Source of the DNA: Microthyrium microscopicum
Taxonomy: Eukaryota
Reading direction: 5' to 3'
Length of the DNA stretch: 64,000 nt
Assembly (NCBI GenBank): GCA_010405405.1
Contig: MU004235.1
Span: forward strand, 758,538 to 822,537
The notes below the pieces were generated by a model. That model was not told where the DNA came from. It worked only from the letters and a program-made list of their open reading frames with translations, and did not search any database. Numbering within the stretch: the stretch's first letter is position 1; each line of letters opens with the position of its first letter. A program made the translations under genes and the position numbers. This document shows, one piece after another, positions 50,901 to 64,000 of this stretch.

Positions 50901-53493
50901 TGACCTTCGAAAATTTTGCTATCAACCGCCGAAAAAGTTCAAGTTTGGAGGATTTACTTTTCCTAAACCGTCCATTCGACTTGGTCTTGATGATGTTCCT
51001 GGATTCAAATTCATACACCCTGTAGCAAGTCTCCAGAATCGCTCTCGGGGAATGCCCGCGGATCTAGATCTTGAGCCTCGAGATGCACTGCTGTTGTGGG
51101 AGGTGATGACAAAACACCAGACGAAAGATTTTCCTGTCGATGACACTTTGAATCCACAGAAGAATCTGCCAGAAGTTCCTAGAAAAGTTGAAGTTGTTGC
51201 ATGGACGTCAAAATTGAAGGACCTCCTCCTAACATGGATGGCCAAGCCATCGTCTCCGTTCGAGAAAGTGGTTCATGAATTTGGCGATGGCGTGCGAAGC
51301 TTTGAATCGCCAACTTCTCAAGAGTCTATTGGTCCATTTGAGAAGTATTCAGAGTACTTGCCAATGGATTTCTCTACAACTGAGCAGCTCACCTACCTGA
51401 AAGAGACCACCTTGCCGCTCATTGCGTCCCTGAATCAGCAGGATGCCTTGCCAGCTCTATTCTTCAACTATGACCGCTCTGCTTGCGAATCAATTGCAAA
51501 ACACATTTTCACACAAGTAAAAGAAGCGGAGAACAAGTGGAAAGAATCCGATCCAACCTGGAAGAAGAAGATCATTGCATGGGAAGCATGGAAGAAGGTG
51601 GACGCAAAGAAGGCAGCCTCTAGTGCCAAGCAGAAGCCCAAGAAAGACGCTTCGACTGACGAAAAAATGAGCAAGGAAGATCGACGACGAGAAGATTCTC
51701 AGGACACAAGTGCATTCGCGTCTTTTGATCCCAATGATCCAATCGATGGATTCCACATGGCCAATACAAAGTTGATGCCGAAATCAGAATTCTTGGAGTA
51801 TAGGAATGACTTGGAGCGGCGAGACATTGCGGAATGGCTGATTGAAGCTCTGCAACGAGGCATTGGCATACATCACGCAGGTATGAACCGCAAATACCGG
51901 CAGATTTGCGAGAGTCTGTTCCGCAAAGGCTACCTCCGAGTCGTGATCGCCACTGGTACACTGGCTCTGGGTATCAATATGCCTTGTAAAACTGTCGTTT
52001 TCTCGGGCGACTCTATCTTCTTAACAGCACTAAATTACCGTCAAGCTGCCGGTCGAGCAGGTCGTCGTGGATTTGATCTTCTGGGTAACGTTGTATTCCA
52101 TGGCCTATCCTCGAATCGTATCTTTCGGATCCTGTCTTCAAGATTACCAGATCTCAGTGGTCATTTCCCTATCACGACTAGTCTGGTCCTGCGAATGACA
52201 TCTCTACTTGCCGGATCGGACCAGTCCACATTTGCGATCAAGGCCATTGATTCTATTTTTGCCTCGCCAAGAATATACCTCGGTGGTCCAGAAGCTAAAC
52301 ACACCGTCCTTCATCATCTGCGATTCTCCCTCGAGTATCTTCGACAGAACGATCTTCTGTCGGAGAAGGGCACGCCGTTGAACTTTGCAGGATTAGTTTG
52401 CCATCTCTATTACACTGAAAACGCGGCTTTTGCATTTCACGCACTCCTACGCGGCGGCTTCTTCCATGAGCTATGCGAAAAGGTCACTGAAAATCCAGAC
52501 GAAGTAATTGACCAGCTGATGCTAGTACTCTCACATATCTTTGGGCGGCAGAATCTCCCACCAGCATTCAGTGAGAGACGTGCGGAAGCTATCAAACAGT
52601 CATCCTCCATTGTCGTCTTGCCTAACTTGCCAGAGGATGCCATTGCTATCATGCGATCACATAGCAGAAATACGCGAGATCTTTTCGCCGGATATGTGAG
52701 CACTTTCATTGATCAACAAGTCAAGGAGCCGGATGTTTACCTACCCTTTACGGGCCAAAAATGCGGCGGGACAAAAAGTGCATCTTCGGTCAAGTCTTTC
52801 CTCGCAACCCGTGAACCGACCAAAATCACATCGCCTTTCATTGCCCTTTCGGGCCATGACGACAGTTGGGAAAGCATCTCCGACCTTTGCCAAACTGTGC
52901 GCAGTGGTGTGTGGCTGGAAGAATCTGCTATTCCTCATGTTGGCATTTATCCGGATGAGGGCGACGCACCACTCAATGCTTACTTGTACGACTTCTTCCG
53001 TCATGGCAACGTCAAGGCTTTGGAAGAAGGTAACGGCATTCGAAAAGGCGAGGTCTGGTTCGCTCTTGATGACTTCTCAAGAGTGCTAGCTACTATTGTC
53101 ACTGGCCTTACCAACTTCTTCAAGCTATCAAGCGATGCCGATATAGAAATGCTCGAAGTCAAAGGTCGCGGTGCAGCTCACGAGGAAGAAGTCAATTTCC
53201 AGGAGCTAGAAGATCTTTCGCAAGCTGTTGCGCTGGGAACAGCAGGTCCGTTGGCATTCAAGGCCGAAGAAAATGTGCCAATTCAACCGGTCAAGGCGAA
53301 GAAAGAGAAGGTGATGGATTCATGGGACGATGGAGATGATGATTCATCAGAGGACGAAGCGGCTGCCGAGGACACTAGCGATGCAGATGGCAGCGTTGTC
53401 GATGATGATACCACACGACTACACAAGGTGCTGAAAGCCTTTCAGCTTCTACGTGGTGACTTTGACACCAAGTTCAAGAAGATGTGGGCTTAA
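47931..53493 (+). CDS. Large Ski2-family DExH RNA helicase, DDX60-like
   Basis: VDLVGDYAG N-terminus, intron 48366-48585, APTSAGKT, DEVH, SAT, GIHHAG, TLALGINMPC, QAAGRAGRRG. Confidence 0.92.
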
Positions 53494-54082
53494 AAGCGGA
53501 GCGGAGGATATGTTGTATTCCTTATTCTCAATAGACGCCCAATTCATTGGTTAAATTAGAAAAAGCACCAAAGTAGTAATTATAGACAAGATCAATTGCG
53601 TGCTTCTATCCTACTTCCAGTCCTTTGTGACTATCGTTTGGCCCTTACATTCGCTAACACTGCTACCTTCCAGATCTAAGTTCTATCACGCTCTGTGCGC
53701 TTGACGGAATATAATGTTAAGTGTTCTTGATAGCCTAACAAATTTGAGCAAGCTACTGTAAAACAAGCGTGAAATATTGTCGTTATTGCCGTGCTTCTGA
53801 AAGGACGAGCTTATGAAGACGATAGGCATTATTTCCAGTTCCATTGGCAGGGGTGACTAAGCTGACGAACCCATCACTCCGACATGTTCCGAACGTCCGA
53901 CGCCAAAAACATGGCAATTCTCTCAAGAGAAAAAAAAAGGTTGGGAGCCGTTTGCGATCGATCGTCGACTTGTCGCGCTCTACGACTTTCAGTTCTATTT
54001 TTCACAACTTAATTGGGGTCAATTCCCTCTATCAGATTGAGCACCATTGTCAGCCTTGTCAGCCTACTCGCTCCCTCCTGTG

Positions 54083-55718
54083 ATGAAAATGTACCGAACC
54101 GCGGCACGCGCAGTTCCAAACTTAAAGCATAAGCTCCTTCACAAGCCGACCGCTCATGCTACAACTTATATCAGGCCTGCATGTCCCTCATTTGCGCCCG
54201 CAGCCTTGCGACTCTCATCCTCCCGCCGCTCCTCGAGATCCTTTTCCTCTACCTCCGCCATGTCTGTATCTACAAGAACAGAATCCGATGCCTTTGGACC
54301 CGTCCAGGTCCCTAGCGACCGATACTGGGGCGCTCAAACGGAGCGTTCCCTCGAGAACTTTCGTATCAACCAACCACAAGATCGCATGCCCCCACCTATA
54401 ATTCGCGCATTTGGTATCCTCAAGGGCGCTGCGGCCACTGTCAATTTGAAATATGGACTTGACCCCAAGATCGGCCAAGCTATACAACAGGCCGCCTCCG
54501 AAGTTGCGCAAGGCAAGCTCGATGACCACTTCCCACTGGTCGTTTGGCAGACTGGCTCCGGTACACAATCGAACATGAACGCCAATGAAGTCATATCGAA
54601 CCGCGCGATTGAATTGCTCGGAGGAGAAATGGGTAGCAAGAAGCCAGTGCATCCCAACGACCATGTCAACATGTCCGCCTCATCCAACGACACCTTCCCT
54701 ACTGTCATGCACATTGCCGCCGTCCTCGAGTTCGAGGAGCAACTTCTGCCGTCATTGATCAGCTTGCGCGATGCATTGGACGCCAAGTCCAAACAGTTCG
54801 AACACCTCATCAAGATTGGCCGCACACATTTGCAAGACGCTACACCTTTGACTCTCGGCCAAGAGTTTTCTGGTTATGTTGCTCAACTTTCCTACGGCAT
54901 TGAGCGCGTCAAGAGCGCCTTACCTGCCCTTCTCCGTCTTGCCCAGGGTGGCACCGCTGTTGGAACCGGCATCAACACCTTTGTCGGATTCGCAGAAGGT
55001 ATTGCTGCTGAAGTCTCAAAAACTACTGGCTACCAATTTGTAACTGCCGCGAACAAGTTTGAAGCACTGGCTGCGCACGACTCGGTTGTTGAGGCTTCAG
55101 GTCAACTCAATACGCTAGCGACCTCACTCTTCAAGATCGCGCAAGATATCCGCTTCCTTGGCTCCGGGCCTCGCTGTGGTCTTGGGGAACTGAAACTACC
55201 TGAGAACGAGCCGGGTTCCAGTATCATGCCTGGTAAGGTGAATCCTACTCAATGCGAAAGCTTGACAATGGTATGCACACAGGTCATGGGCAACCACGTA
55301 GCGTGCACGATTGCTGGTAGCCAGGGCAACTTCGAACTGAACGTGTTCAAGCCAGTAATGATCCGAAATCTCTTACACAGTTCGCGGTTGTTGGCAGACG
55401 CGATGCGCAGTTTTGAGAAAAACTTGGTTGCCGGACTGGAAGCTGATGAGAAGCGCATTGGGGATATCCTAAAGGAGAGGTAAGACTTGAACACCGGATA
55501 CATGGGGATATGACTAACGAGTAACCAGTTTGATGTTGGTGACTTGCCTTAACCCAATTATTGGATACGACATGGCATCCAAAGTGGCTAAGAACGCTCA
55601 CAAAAAGGGCCTGACGCTTAAGCAGTCAGCCATGGAGCTCGAGGCTCTCAGCGAAGAAGATTTCGATAAATATGTACGCCCAGAGCTAATGATTGCACCA
55701 AAGGAGGCCAAGTTGTAA
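54083..55718 (+). CDS. FUM1: Fumarate hydratase class II, mitochondrial
   Basis: Arg/Ser-rich presequence; [11 protein letters not shown] signature; intron 55480-55528. Confidence 0.98.
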
Positions 55719-56579
55719 TCAAGCTTGACCGAGTGCTTGATGAAGAGAGGAGCATACAAAACGTATCAGCGACTGGATAGAAGCCAAGCATAGATTTGTT
55801 TTTAGCGGAGGATTTGGTTGTTTAGCGGTACGGTAAGCCAAAATTTGTATTTAGCTAAATCTCATTGTCCGGGACTCATATAGAGTATACCAGGAGCTGG
55901 AGATGCAATAATATCAATATCCAAATGAACGACGAACGGCGAAAATCTGGCCCTCAGATCCTCCTCTACGCGCCTTTTCATCCTTCCCAGCCGCGATATC
56001 TCACCAGACTGAAGGTAACTCGCCTGCTCTCATGAGAACAGCTTGATGCCTCGTCGTTGCACTATGTTTCTCACCGTCAACTCCATTACTGCTCTGTATT
56101 TCCAGACTTCGCAGTGATACTTGCAGCTTGAGGGATTGAAGGAGCTCACAAGCTTTTGACGCCACCAGTACTCTACTGCTCGTAGTTTGAATGGAAGACG
56201 CTTGCCTGTAGTATTGTTTGACAATACTTTAAGAAATAAAAGTATGTGTGGATGGTATGTTTACTTGATAAATTACCTGTACCGATCTTCAGCTGTTGCC
56301 TACCATAATCATACGAAGCGTCTTTTGACCAATTCTTGTTCTTATCAGTACCATAGCCAGGGACAATTTGATAAATGTTGAGAATTGCAAGGGAAATAAC
56401 GTGGTACTCGGAACTTAGGTACCTAGGATTCAATGTCCATATTCCGACCCAGAAACCGCCTAGCCGGCTTCGGAACGTCGATCAGACCTCCATCCACCTG
56501 CTATCCCAACTCGCGTGCTTGGGACCCAGCACAGCGTCGTGCAAACCGATAAGCTTATTCTACGGCCCGTCAAAATGTC

Positions 56580-58229
56580 ATGTCGGAATCCTCAACTCCC
56601 CTTCTCCACCCAGAGCGGGTCAAGCCCATGGCACCAAAAGGCCTCGCCAGAATCAAGTCGGCTCTCTGGGGAAACGACCCAAAAGATGCTTCCCTCTTGA
56701 TGAAGCTGGATCTAACAATCCTCCCATACTTTTCAATTATATGGTTTCTCTTTGGCTTGAGCAGGTCAAGCTATTCGACGGCATATATCAGTGGCATGAA
56801 AGATGACCTGAATTTCCAAGGCAAGGACTTCAATTACCTCAATACTGCGTACTATGTAGTATACGCCGTGTGCCAAATGCCTGGTACTTCGCTTCTGACT
56901 GTTGCGCCGCCGAAATATGTGTTTGTCACAGCGAATGTCGCTTGGAGCGTTTTGACTTTGATTACGTTCAAGATGAATCATGTTTGGCAGATTATATTGC
57001 TGAACGCCCTTGAGGGTGGATTCTCGGCAATTGCATAGTATGTGCTTCGCTCTTTGGACATATAGAACAAGTTTAACCATTTGTATAGCGTTGGAGCCCA
57101 CTTTATATATGCATCATGGTACAAGAAATCCGAGCTCGGGACCAGAGCAGCAGTGTTTGTCAACTTCGGCCACCTGGGGAGCATGTCTGGAGGATGGATT
57201 CAGGCTGGTCTAATCAAATCTCTTGCTGGGAAGACTGGTCTACCAGCCTGGCGATGGATATTCATAATTGTGTCCCTCATCACGATACCTACTGCAATAT
57301 TTGGTAAGATACTCTGGTACCCATATAAATTCCCTATACTGACTAGCCACCACAGGATGGGTGGTCATTCCAGGTCTCCCTTCTCATCGCACTGCTTGGT
57401 ATCTTACCGAAGAAGAAAAGGAGCATGCTGCAACACGACTTGGCCAGCCAAAGAAAGTTTCGTGGGACAGAACTGTTTTTAGACGTGTTCTTTTGAGTTG
57501 GCAGTTCTGGCTACTCCCTACCATATTCATGCGTAAGTCTTCCCATTATCTGTGAATGAGGTATGCTTGATCAACTTTATCATAGTCTATTCTCTGGCCA
57601 TACAGATGGAACTCAACAACGTCTTCCCACTCTGGCTTGCCTCTCGAGGCTACACTGTCGTACAGCAAAACAACTATCCTACAGGCATTTACGCAAGCGC
57701 GATCGTAGGCACGATATTCTACTCTGTCCTCTCCGACAAGATCCAGTCCCGCTGGCAGTGTTCCTTGGCCATCGGATTCACCTTTGTCATCGGCAGCGCC
57801 ATCCTTATCGCCAATCCTGCTGCTGACTCTGCTCACTTCTTCGCGTTCTACCTCCTCGGATCCACGTATGCGCCGCAAGCTCTCTGGTACTCGTGGATGG
57901 CAGATGTGACAGCGCACGACTTCCAGCTAAGGGCAATTACTACTGGCTTTATGAATTCGTTCGATTTCGCGTTCGTAACTTGGTGGCCATTAGTGTTCTA
58001 CCCGGTGACGGATGCACCGAATTTCAGGAAAGGGTATATTGCTAGTATAGTTACTGGGTCTTTGATATTACCGCTGGTGCTGCTGATTGCATATTTGGAG
58101 AAGAAAGGTCTGCGAAAGGGTGAATTGGGGAGGAGGTTTGACGAGGTTGAGAATGAAGACGAGATTGAGGATCGAGAGTCGGAAGAGCAAGATTTGAACT
58201 CGAGAACAATTTCGGGTCCAGATAAATAA
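56580..58229 (+). CDS. MFS transporter, Dal5/Fen2 (pantothenate/allantoate) family
   Basis: KLDLTILPY, AYISGMKDDL, SWYKKSELGTR, GLPAWRWIFII; three introns. Confidence 0.9.
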
Positions 58230-59054
58230 TGTTACTCTGGACCTGAATACGATAGAGCTTTGGAGCAAGGTCGTTCAAGTCTTTCTCAAAACCGATGCAG
58301 CACAAGATATGCTTTTCTATCAACTTCATGAACAGTTTGTAGATTTGGTTCGCCTCCCATCAATTTGATTTTGTACACTTGCTTGTATATGTCGTGTCCA
58401 GTCAATATCCGTTTCCATCAACGCAAAGCAAACGGCGCGCACCGTCTATACTTTTGACAAATTGTCGCATTTTAGCAGACGGTCCCATAATTCTCTCGAT
58501 GTGATACATCGAGGCCCTGACCGCTCAGACGTGATAGTGAGACCTACTACTAACACATTCCATCACCATTGGTCGACGTAGCGGTGAAGTACCTGCTAGT
58601 AGCCATACTAACAACACGCATTGACTCGGCAACGAGGGACACGTCACTAACTCACTGCGGCATTTCTCTACCTTGATGGAAATAAAACCAAAATCACGCA
58701 GAGAAACTAACATATCAAGAGTACGGATGTTGATATTATGCCGACCCAACAATTTCCTTCCGGAAAGATTGGACGATTATGTACATTAGTGGCCGCTCAA
58801 GCAGCCAGCAATAAATTGGTGTTATAGGTTAAGATACAACAAATGAGAATCGAAGGCAGCTTTGGGGGGTATCGTGAAACAAGTGGTAAGGAAATAATGC
58901 AGTCTTGCTAAATGCATGGCCTCTACTTTGTTGGCCTGGCCGTGATGGGGACGCGCTGTCTATGAATGTGCTGGGTTTGGTCGTTAATCATGCAAGTCGT
59001 GAGAATTGTGTATGCTTTCGTTAATGTTGTTGATGCAAATTCGCTGAATGGTGA

Positions 59055-59550
59055 CTATGTTTGCAGCGTCCGTTGGCCTTCATGTGGCGTCTCTTCTTGC
59101 GCGCCATATTGCGGACAGAAGCGCTCAAAGTCAGGAAAGGAAACGTAGCCGCCTGCATTCATGGGTTAGCTTTTGCGTTTCCTAGGTTGATAATGTGTAT
59201 GTCTTACCACTTTGTTCACCGCCGCGCCAGTCGCGTACTTCTTCGACCCATAATTTTTCTTCATGCGCTTCGTGCTCTGGCGGCCCTTGGTATGAGCTGT
59301 GCTTCTCGTTCCGCGCACTTGGGCTGGGACTTGTACGTCGGCTGCTGGGACTGGTGCGCGCGACTTTGGAGAGGAGTGCTGTGGCCTTGGGTGAGGTTTG
59401 TGACCGGTTGAGCTCCGGTCGCGATTGGTAGGCGGTGATGGCAGCGGGACTGACGCAGGGTGGGGTGAGTGGGTAGCGGCGCGGAGAGAGGTGGCGGTGC
59501 CGCGATGGTGGTGGAGATAGGGTGAAGTAGGTTAAACTTGTTGTTGCCAT
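59055..59550 (-). CDS. Small hypothetical protein
   Basis: Two exons join in frame through a canonical intron; C-terminal GYVSFPDFE. Confidence 0.55.
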
Positions 59551-62044
59551 TGTATGATATGTTGATGTTTGCCAGACTGTGTGTTTGTATCGAGAATAGA
59601 AGTTGCAGTAGGAAGGCTCCAGGAGAAGTGGTGACTTTGATATCCGGCCAGGCGTGTTATGACAAACTGGAATTAAAGATGCTTTCAGTCTTTAGGCGGA
59701 TTTCGGGGTTCTGGATTGTTTCTGGACGAGCTGATGATAAATGTTGCCGTAGGGAGAGTAGGCGGTGTTGAGATGCAGGCAAGGCTGAGCTTAGTGCCAG
59801 ATCTGCTACGTGGTACCTGTAGGCTATTTCTAGGCCGAGGAATGCTTGCATAAGCTCGTTGAGAAGGTAGATTGTCCGAAATGAGGCGGGTGTGTTGAAA
59901 GCTGAAAGCAGATTTTGAGCCGTGAATAAGATTGAAAATAGTATAATTTGAAGACAGGTGTTGTTCGGGGGTTGGAAATATATCGCTTTGAGATCCGTGA
60001 CAGACGCAGTGACGCGACGTGGGTTGGACCGTGTATTATCCCGCGACCCCCGAAAAAGCAATATTCCTTTCAGGAGTATTTTCCAGAAACAGGTTTGCGG
60101 GTTTCCAAAGAAGGAATAAGAGTTAAAAAAGGAGAAGTAACAGACTACTAGTAAACCACGGTCCACTAGTGTGTCTAACGTCACGCTTTGGAGTTGCGTT
60201 CCAGGGAAGAATCAGAGATGAGTTTTCTCGGGTGGCACCGAAGCAATACGCACAGCGTAATCAGATGCTCTCTCTAACCCTCAACCTTACCAACCATACA
60301 ACCAAGCACAGTTAGTGGGCGAATTGGAGACTGCCGGAAGTTATTGAAGGCGGCGACGGGCGATTGCGGTCTGGCAACACGACGTCGTAGTTGATGACAC
60401 AGAATTGATGATGGCAAAGTTGGGTAGGAAAGGAATCGACTGGAACCCTCTTATGTGTGGCACGTCTGTACCATTCAAGATATCAAAGATGTATGAATCC
60501 GATAGCAGAAAGATGCTGCTGCAGGAAAGAACGAGGGCCCCAGTCTTCTTTTCAGCATATCCGCGATCCGCTTTCTAGGGGGAGCCAGGTTTGTCTGCAA
60601 TGCGCATTCTCATGTTCTTCGTTGTCTCTCTTCTTCGCTCCGACGCCCAATCTTCCCTGCGAACGAAATATGCATGCTACGTTTTGGTCAGCAAGCAAAG
60701 TAGCGACACGTCCACCTTTGCTGGTGGACGCCCGAATAGGAACCTTTGGCTCAATGTAACGGCTGCATGGCGGTCCGCTTTGGTGTGAGCAGGGCGTGGG
60801 TGCGCTGCATGCGTGGTTTGCGGAGAAATGGGGGAGAGGACCAGCGAAGGGGACTTGTCTCTCGTTGTCTGCCCTGGCGTGGGTACAAGTGGCACGGCGT
60901 ACTAAGTAAGATGACCCTCAATTCCTCCCCAACTACATCTGATGTTGTTGGAGAGTAAAGGAGGGAGGTGCAGCGGGCCCAGAAGCAGGCAGAACAGTCT
61001 ACAGTCAAATCTTTGACAAGGTGCGAGTGTCGATCAATTCATTCCCCCAGCACGCGAAACCGGGGAGCGTCTTTTGATCTGAGTATCGCAGACAACGACA
61101 TCTCACCACATCAAACGATGCTAGTAGTAAGTGGTTGGCCATGATTGTAGTGGACAATTGTCTATCCTGCCCGCTTTTGGCACCAATAACCCACAACCCC
61201 AGCACAAACCCGTGGAGGATAGACTTTGACGAGCGGGGAAGTGAAGACTATCCAAGCATCAATAACCACTAGATTTAGGACTCTAAAATCGACGATAGGT
61301 ACATGTAGACTCTAGAATTGGCTGTGTGCTGCCCAACTCCAGCAGAGCGGGTTGTAAGTGACCACCCCGTCAGGTACCCGTGAGATGGACATAGTAATTA
61401 CTTTTCGAGCCCGTTGGCTGGAAGAGGTTGATGCACTGCGGGACTGCGCGGGATGCAACAAGTTAGGGTGATGTATCTTTCGTGGAACGATATCATTCGG
61501 TCGTTTTGAGCGACTGAAGACCAGACACGTCAATAGGAGCAGAGCTTTTCGCCAGACAAGAAAATAATGCCTTGGTCACGCTCACTTGCAAACACAAACT
61601 ACATACACTGTATGGGACGTAAGGCGTGGAGCGAGGTATATTATGTTGCATTCTGTTTTATCCTGATAGGGTATGATTCTAGCGAACCCAGTACAACTGT
61701 ACGGTAGACTTCTTCGTTTCTGCCTTCCTTCCACAATATCTACCTATCTTCCCAATTAAGAGCTCGCTTTCAGTCTCTAATCGCCCGTTTGTCTTTGACC
61801 CTTGCTCCCAATCGTGATACTCCCGGATGAGTCTGGATTTTGGTCGTTAGTCCCACAGTCTCATACCGCCTTGCATAAGGTGTGGCTTCGAAGGTAATTC
61901 TAGGCCAGCCCCAGAGAAATGTCAAACTTATACTTGATCTCGTGCACATGATCTTCACCCTATTGCTGGGTTGTCATGAGGACAATAGGTACCGATACTT
62001 TATCGTGTGAGATTGGAGCCAACACACTTTGAGCCACAGATGCT

Positions 62045-63802
62045 TTAGTGCTAAAGAAGAAAAGTCAGCTATGTTAGACCAGAACAGCAATATGCAGACA
62101 ACTTACATCTAGGTCTTCCCATTTGGGGCCATCTTGCGTCCAATTACGGCCCTGGATGTTCTCCAGCTGCTCACTCGTCACTTGCGCTCCACTGGTGAAA
62201 TAGCCTGCAGCAATCTTTGCGCCGATCTCGACCATAGAGTCCTCAGGAATGAGCTCCTGAGGGATTTCGACACGTTTGTGGATTGGGATGCCTTGGCCAA
62301 CGATAGCATCATGCTTCATATCCGACATGGAAACTGGACACGTTAGCGTGAATGGCGGCATAAGGCATGGAATTTGGGAGCTTACGCATGGTATCAATCT
62401 TTTGAATACCCAGCCAGTGTAAGATATCGGGCATCAGTGCTTGAAATCTCATATCCTTCACACCAGCAATGTCTTCGGTTCTCTTGAAGTATTCGCTAGC
62501 TTTATCGAGGCCACGCTTGCGAGCATTGTAGACAAGATATTTGGTCACTTCGCCAAGAGCGCGACCTTCCTTACGGAAGTAGATGATAACTCCGCTACCG
62601 CCTTGCTGAGCTTGCTTGACGGCTTCCTCGATACCAAAGATGAGGTACGGTCTGCATGTGCAGATATCAGAACCAAAGACGTCGCTTCCATTGCATTCGT
62701 CATGTACACGAAGCGCCAATTTTACATTTGGGTCAGACATTTTCGCGGGGTCACCAAATATGTACACAGTCAAGCCGCCAATCGGAGGCATGAACAGTTT
62801 GATATCATCTCGTGTGATCAGCTCTGGATATGAGCCACCAGTCTCTTCGAAAAGCGCGCGTCGTAAAACTTGTTCATCTACCCCACGTTAATGAAATTTT
62901 CACATCATGAGAGCATAAACAGCTTACCAATGCCGAATCGTTCTGCGACTCCGGGCAGATACCAGACTGGCTCTACAGCTACCTTGGTCACGGCAAGCTC
63001 GCCTGTCTCGTTGATGCATATCTGGCCGTCTGGGACAAGTCTACCAGCTTTGACGCTGCTTTCCAGCTCGGGGAGACGCATATGAGCACGAGTGATGGCA
63101 ATGGTTGGACGAATGTCAAGACCCTCATCATCGATGTATTGCTTGAATTGCCATGGAGATATATGTCCCCAAGGATCCATGGCGACGATCTTCTTCTTGT
63201 CTCCCCACTGAGGATGTGGTCCAAGGGTCACAGCAGGCTCGGCGTTGGTGAAGATTGGACGATGGTCAGATTCGAGGTTCTTGCTCGCTACAGCAAGAGC
63301 GTGGTAGATTGAGTAGCAACCTCCGTGGGCGCCAATTGCATTTCGTCGACGAGCGGTACCTTTATGTCTAGATACGACGACTGGTCCTCGCTTGACAGGA
63401 TCTCGATTGCCCCAGTCCATTGACACTGGATTTACGCCGACTTGCTTGGGATAGGTGACTAGAACAATCTTGGGCGGAAATCCGAGTGGAAGAGTTACCG
63501 AACTGGATCTTGCTGGAGATTCGGGGGTGGAAGCAAGAGCTCCATTCGAGTCGTTGCTCATCATTCCGGAAGAGCTGGGTCTATTCTCTGTAGTTGGAGC
63601 TTCATGGTATCAATAAAAGAATTGGAAGTAGGATAAGATAAGTACCATGATGGGGCGTATTAGCATGTATTTTGGCATCGAGCATGTTGATACTATCTTT
63701 CAACTGGGCGTTCTCATTGCGAATAGCAGCGTTGTCTTTGGTCAAAGACTCGAGCTGCCCCTGGATAGCTCCAAGGGCTTTCAACAGGGCATCTTGATCC
63801 AT
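62045..63802 (-). CDS. urg1: GTP cyclohydrolase II-like protein, Urg1/Urc1 type
   Basis: RNAIGAHGG, RVHDECNGSDVFGSDICTCRPYL, RKEGRALGEVTK; several introns. Confidence 0.9.
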
Positions 63803-64000
63803 GTTGACGTTGGTTGGTTCAAGGAAAAAGCAAAGACGGTGAGGCTGGATGGATATAGAACTCAATAGGACAGGCTATACTTGTATACGCAGGTACGCAA
63901 TGTTTAGTTGTAGCTCTTGTTTCCAAGCTTGATAAGCAAACAACGCTCAACTGCGGCCGAGGTAAGTGCTTTTAGTTGTACTGAAGGAAGAGAGATGAAG

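Overview
Intron-containing DNA from a filamentous ascomycete (GTRAGT donors, CTRAC branch sites, YAG acceptors). About 20 recognisable genes, mostly housekeeping: an AlcR-like Zn2Cys6 factor (runs off the left edge), RIM1, a Sep1/Hcm1-type forkhead factor, BUD31, NDUFA6, RPC19, HIS3, SAR1, an SGNH esterase, a derlin, KAE1, HAM1, ILV3, a DDX60-like helicase, FUM1, a Dal5/Fen2-family transporter and a Urg1-like GTP cyclohydrolase. Four things stand out. (1) A secreted laccase carries two hevein/CBM18 chitin-binding domains, a Ser-rich stalk and a further Cys module at its N-terminus. (2) An unrecognised family of small three-exon 'MGCGP' genes is present as one intact copy (21545-22960), two disabled copies (13.3-14.2 kb, 33.1-34.0 kb) and a tandem array of 5'-end fragments (15.5-17.4 kb); the start codon is repeatedly replaced by ACG/ATT/ATA, and the first intron of the intact copy is a stop-free 819-nt array of 19-bp and ~116-bp repeats. 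(3) A P450-like ORF is intact but lacks the heme-Cys motif. (4) The long derlin intron holds a strand-specific 17-bp G-U-rich hairpin. Exon boundaries and counts were derived by hand and no database searches were run.
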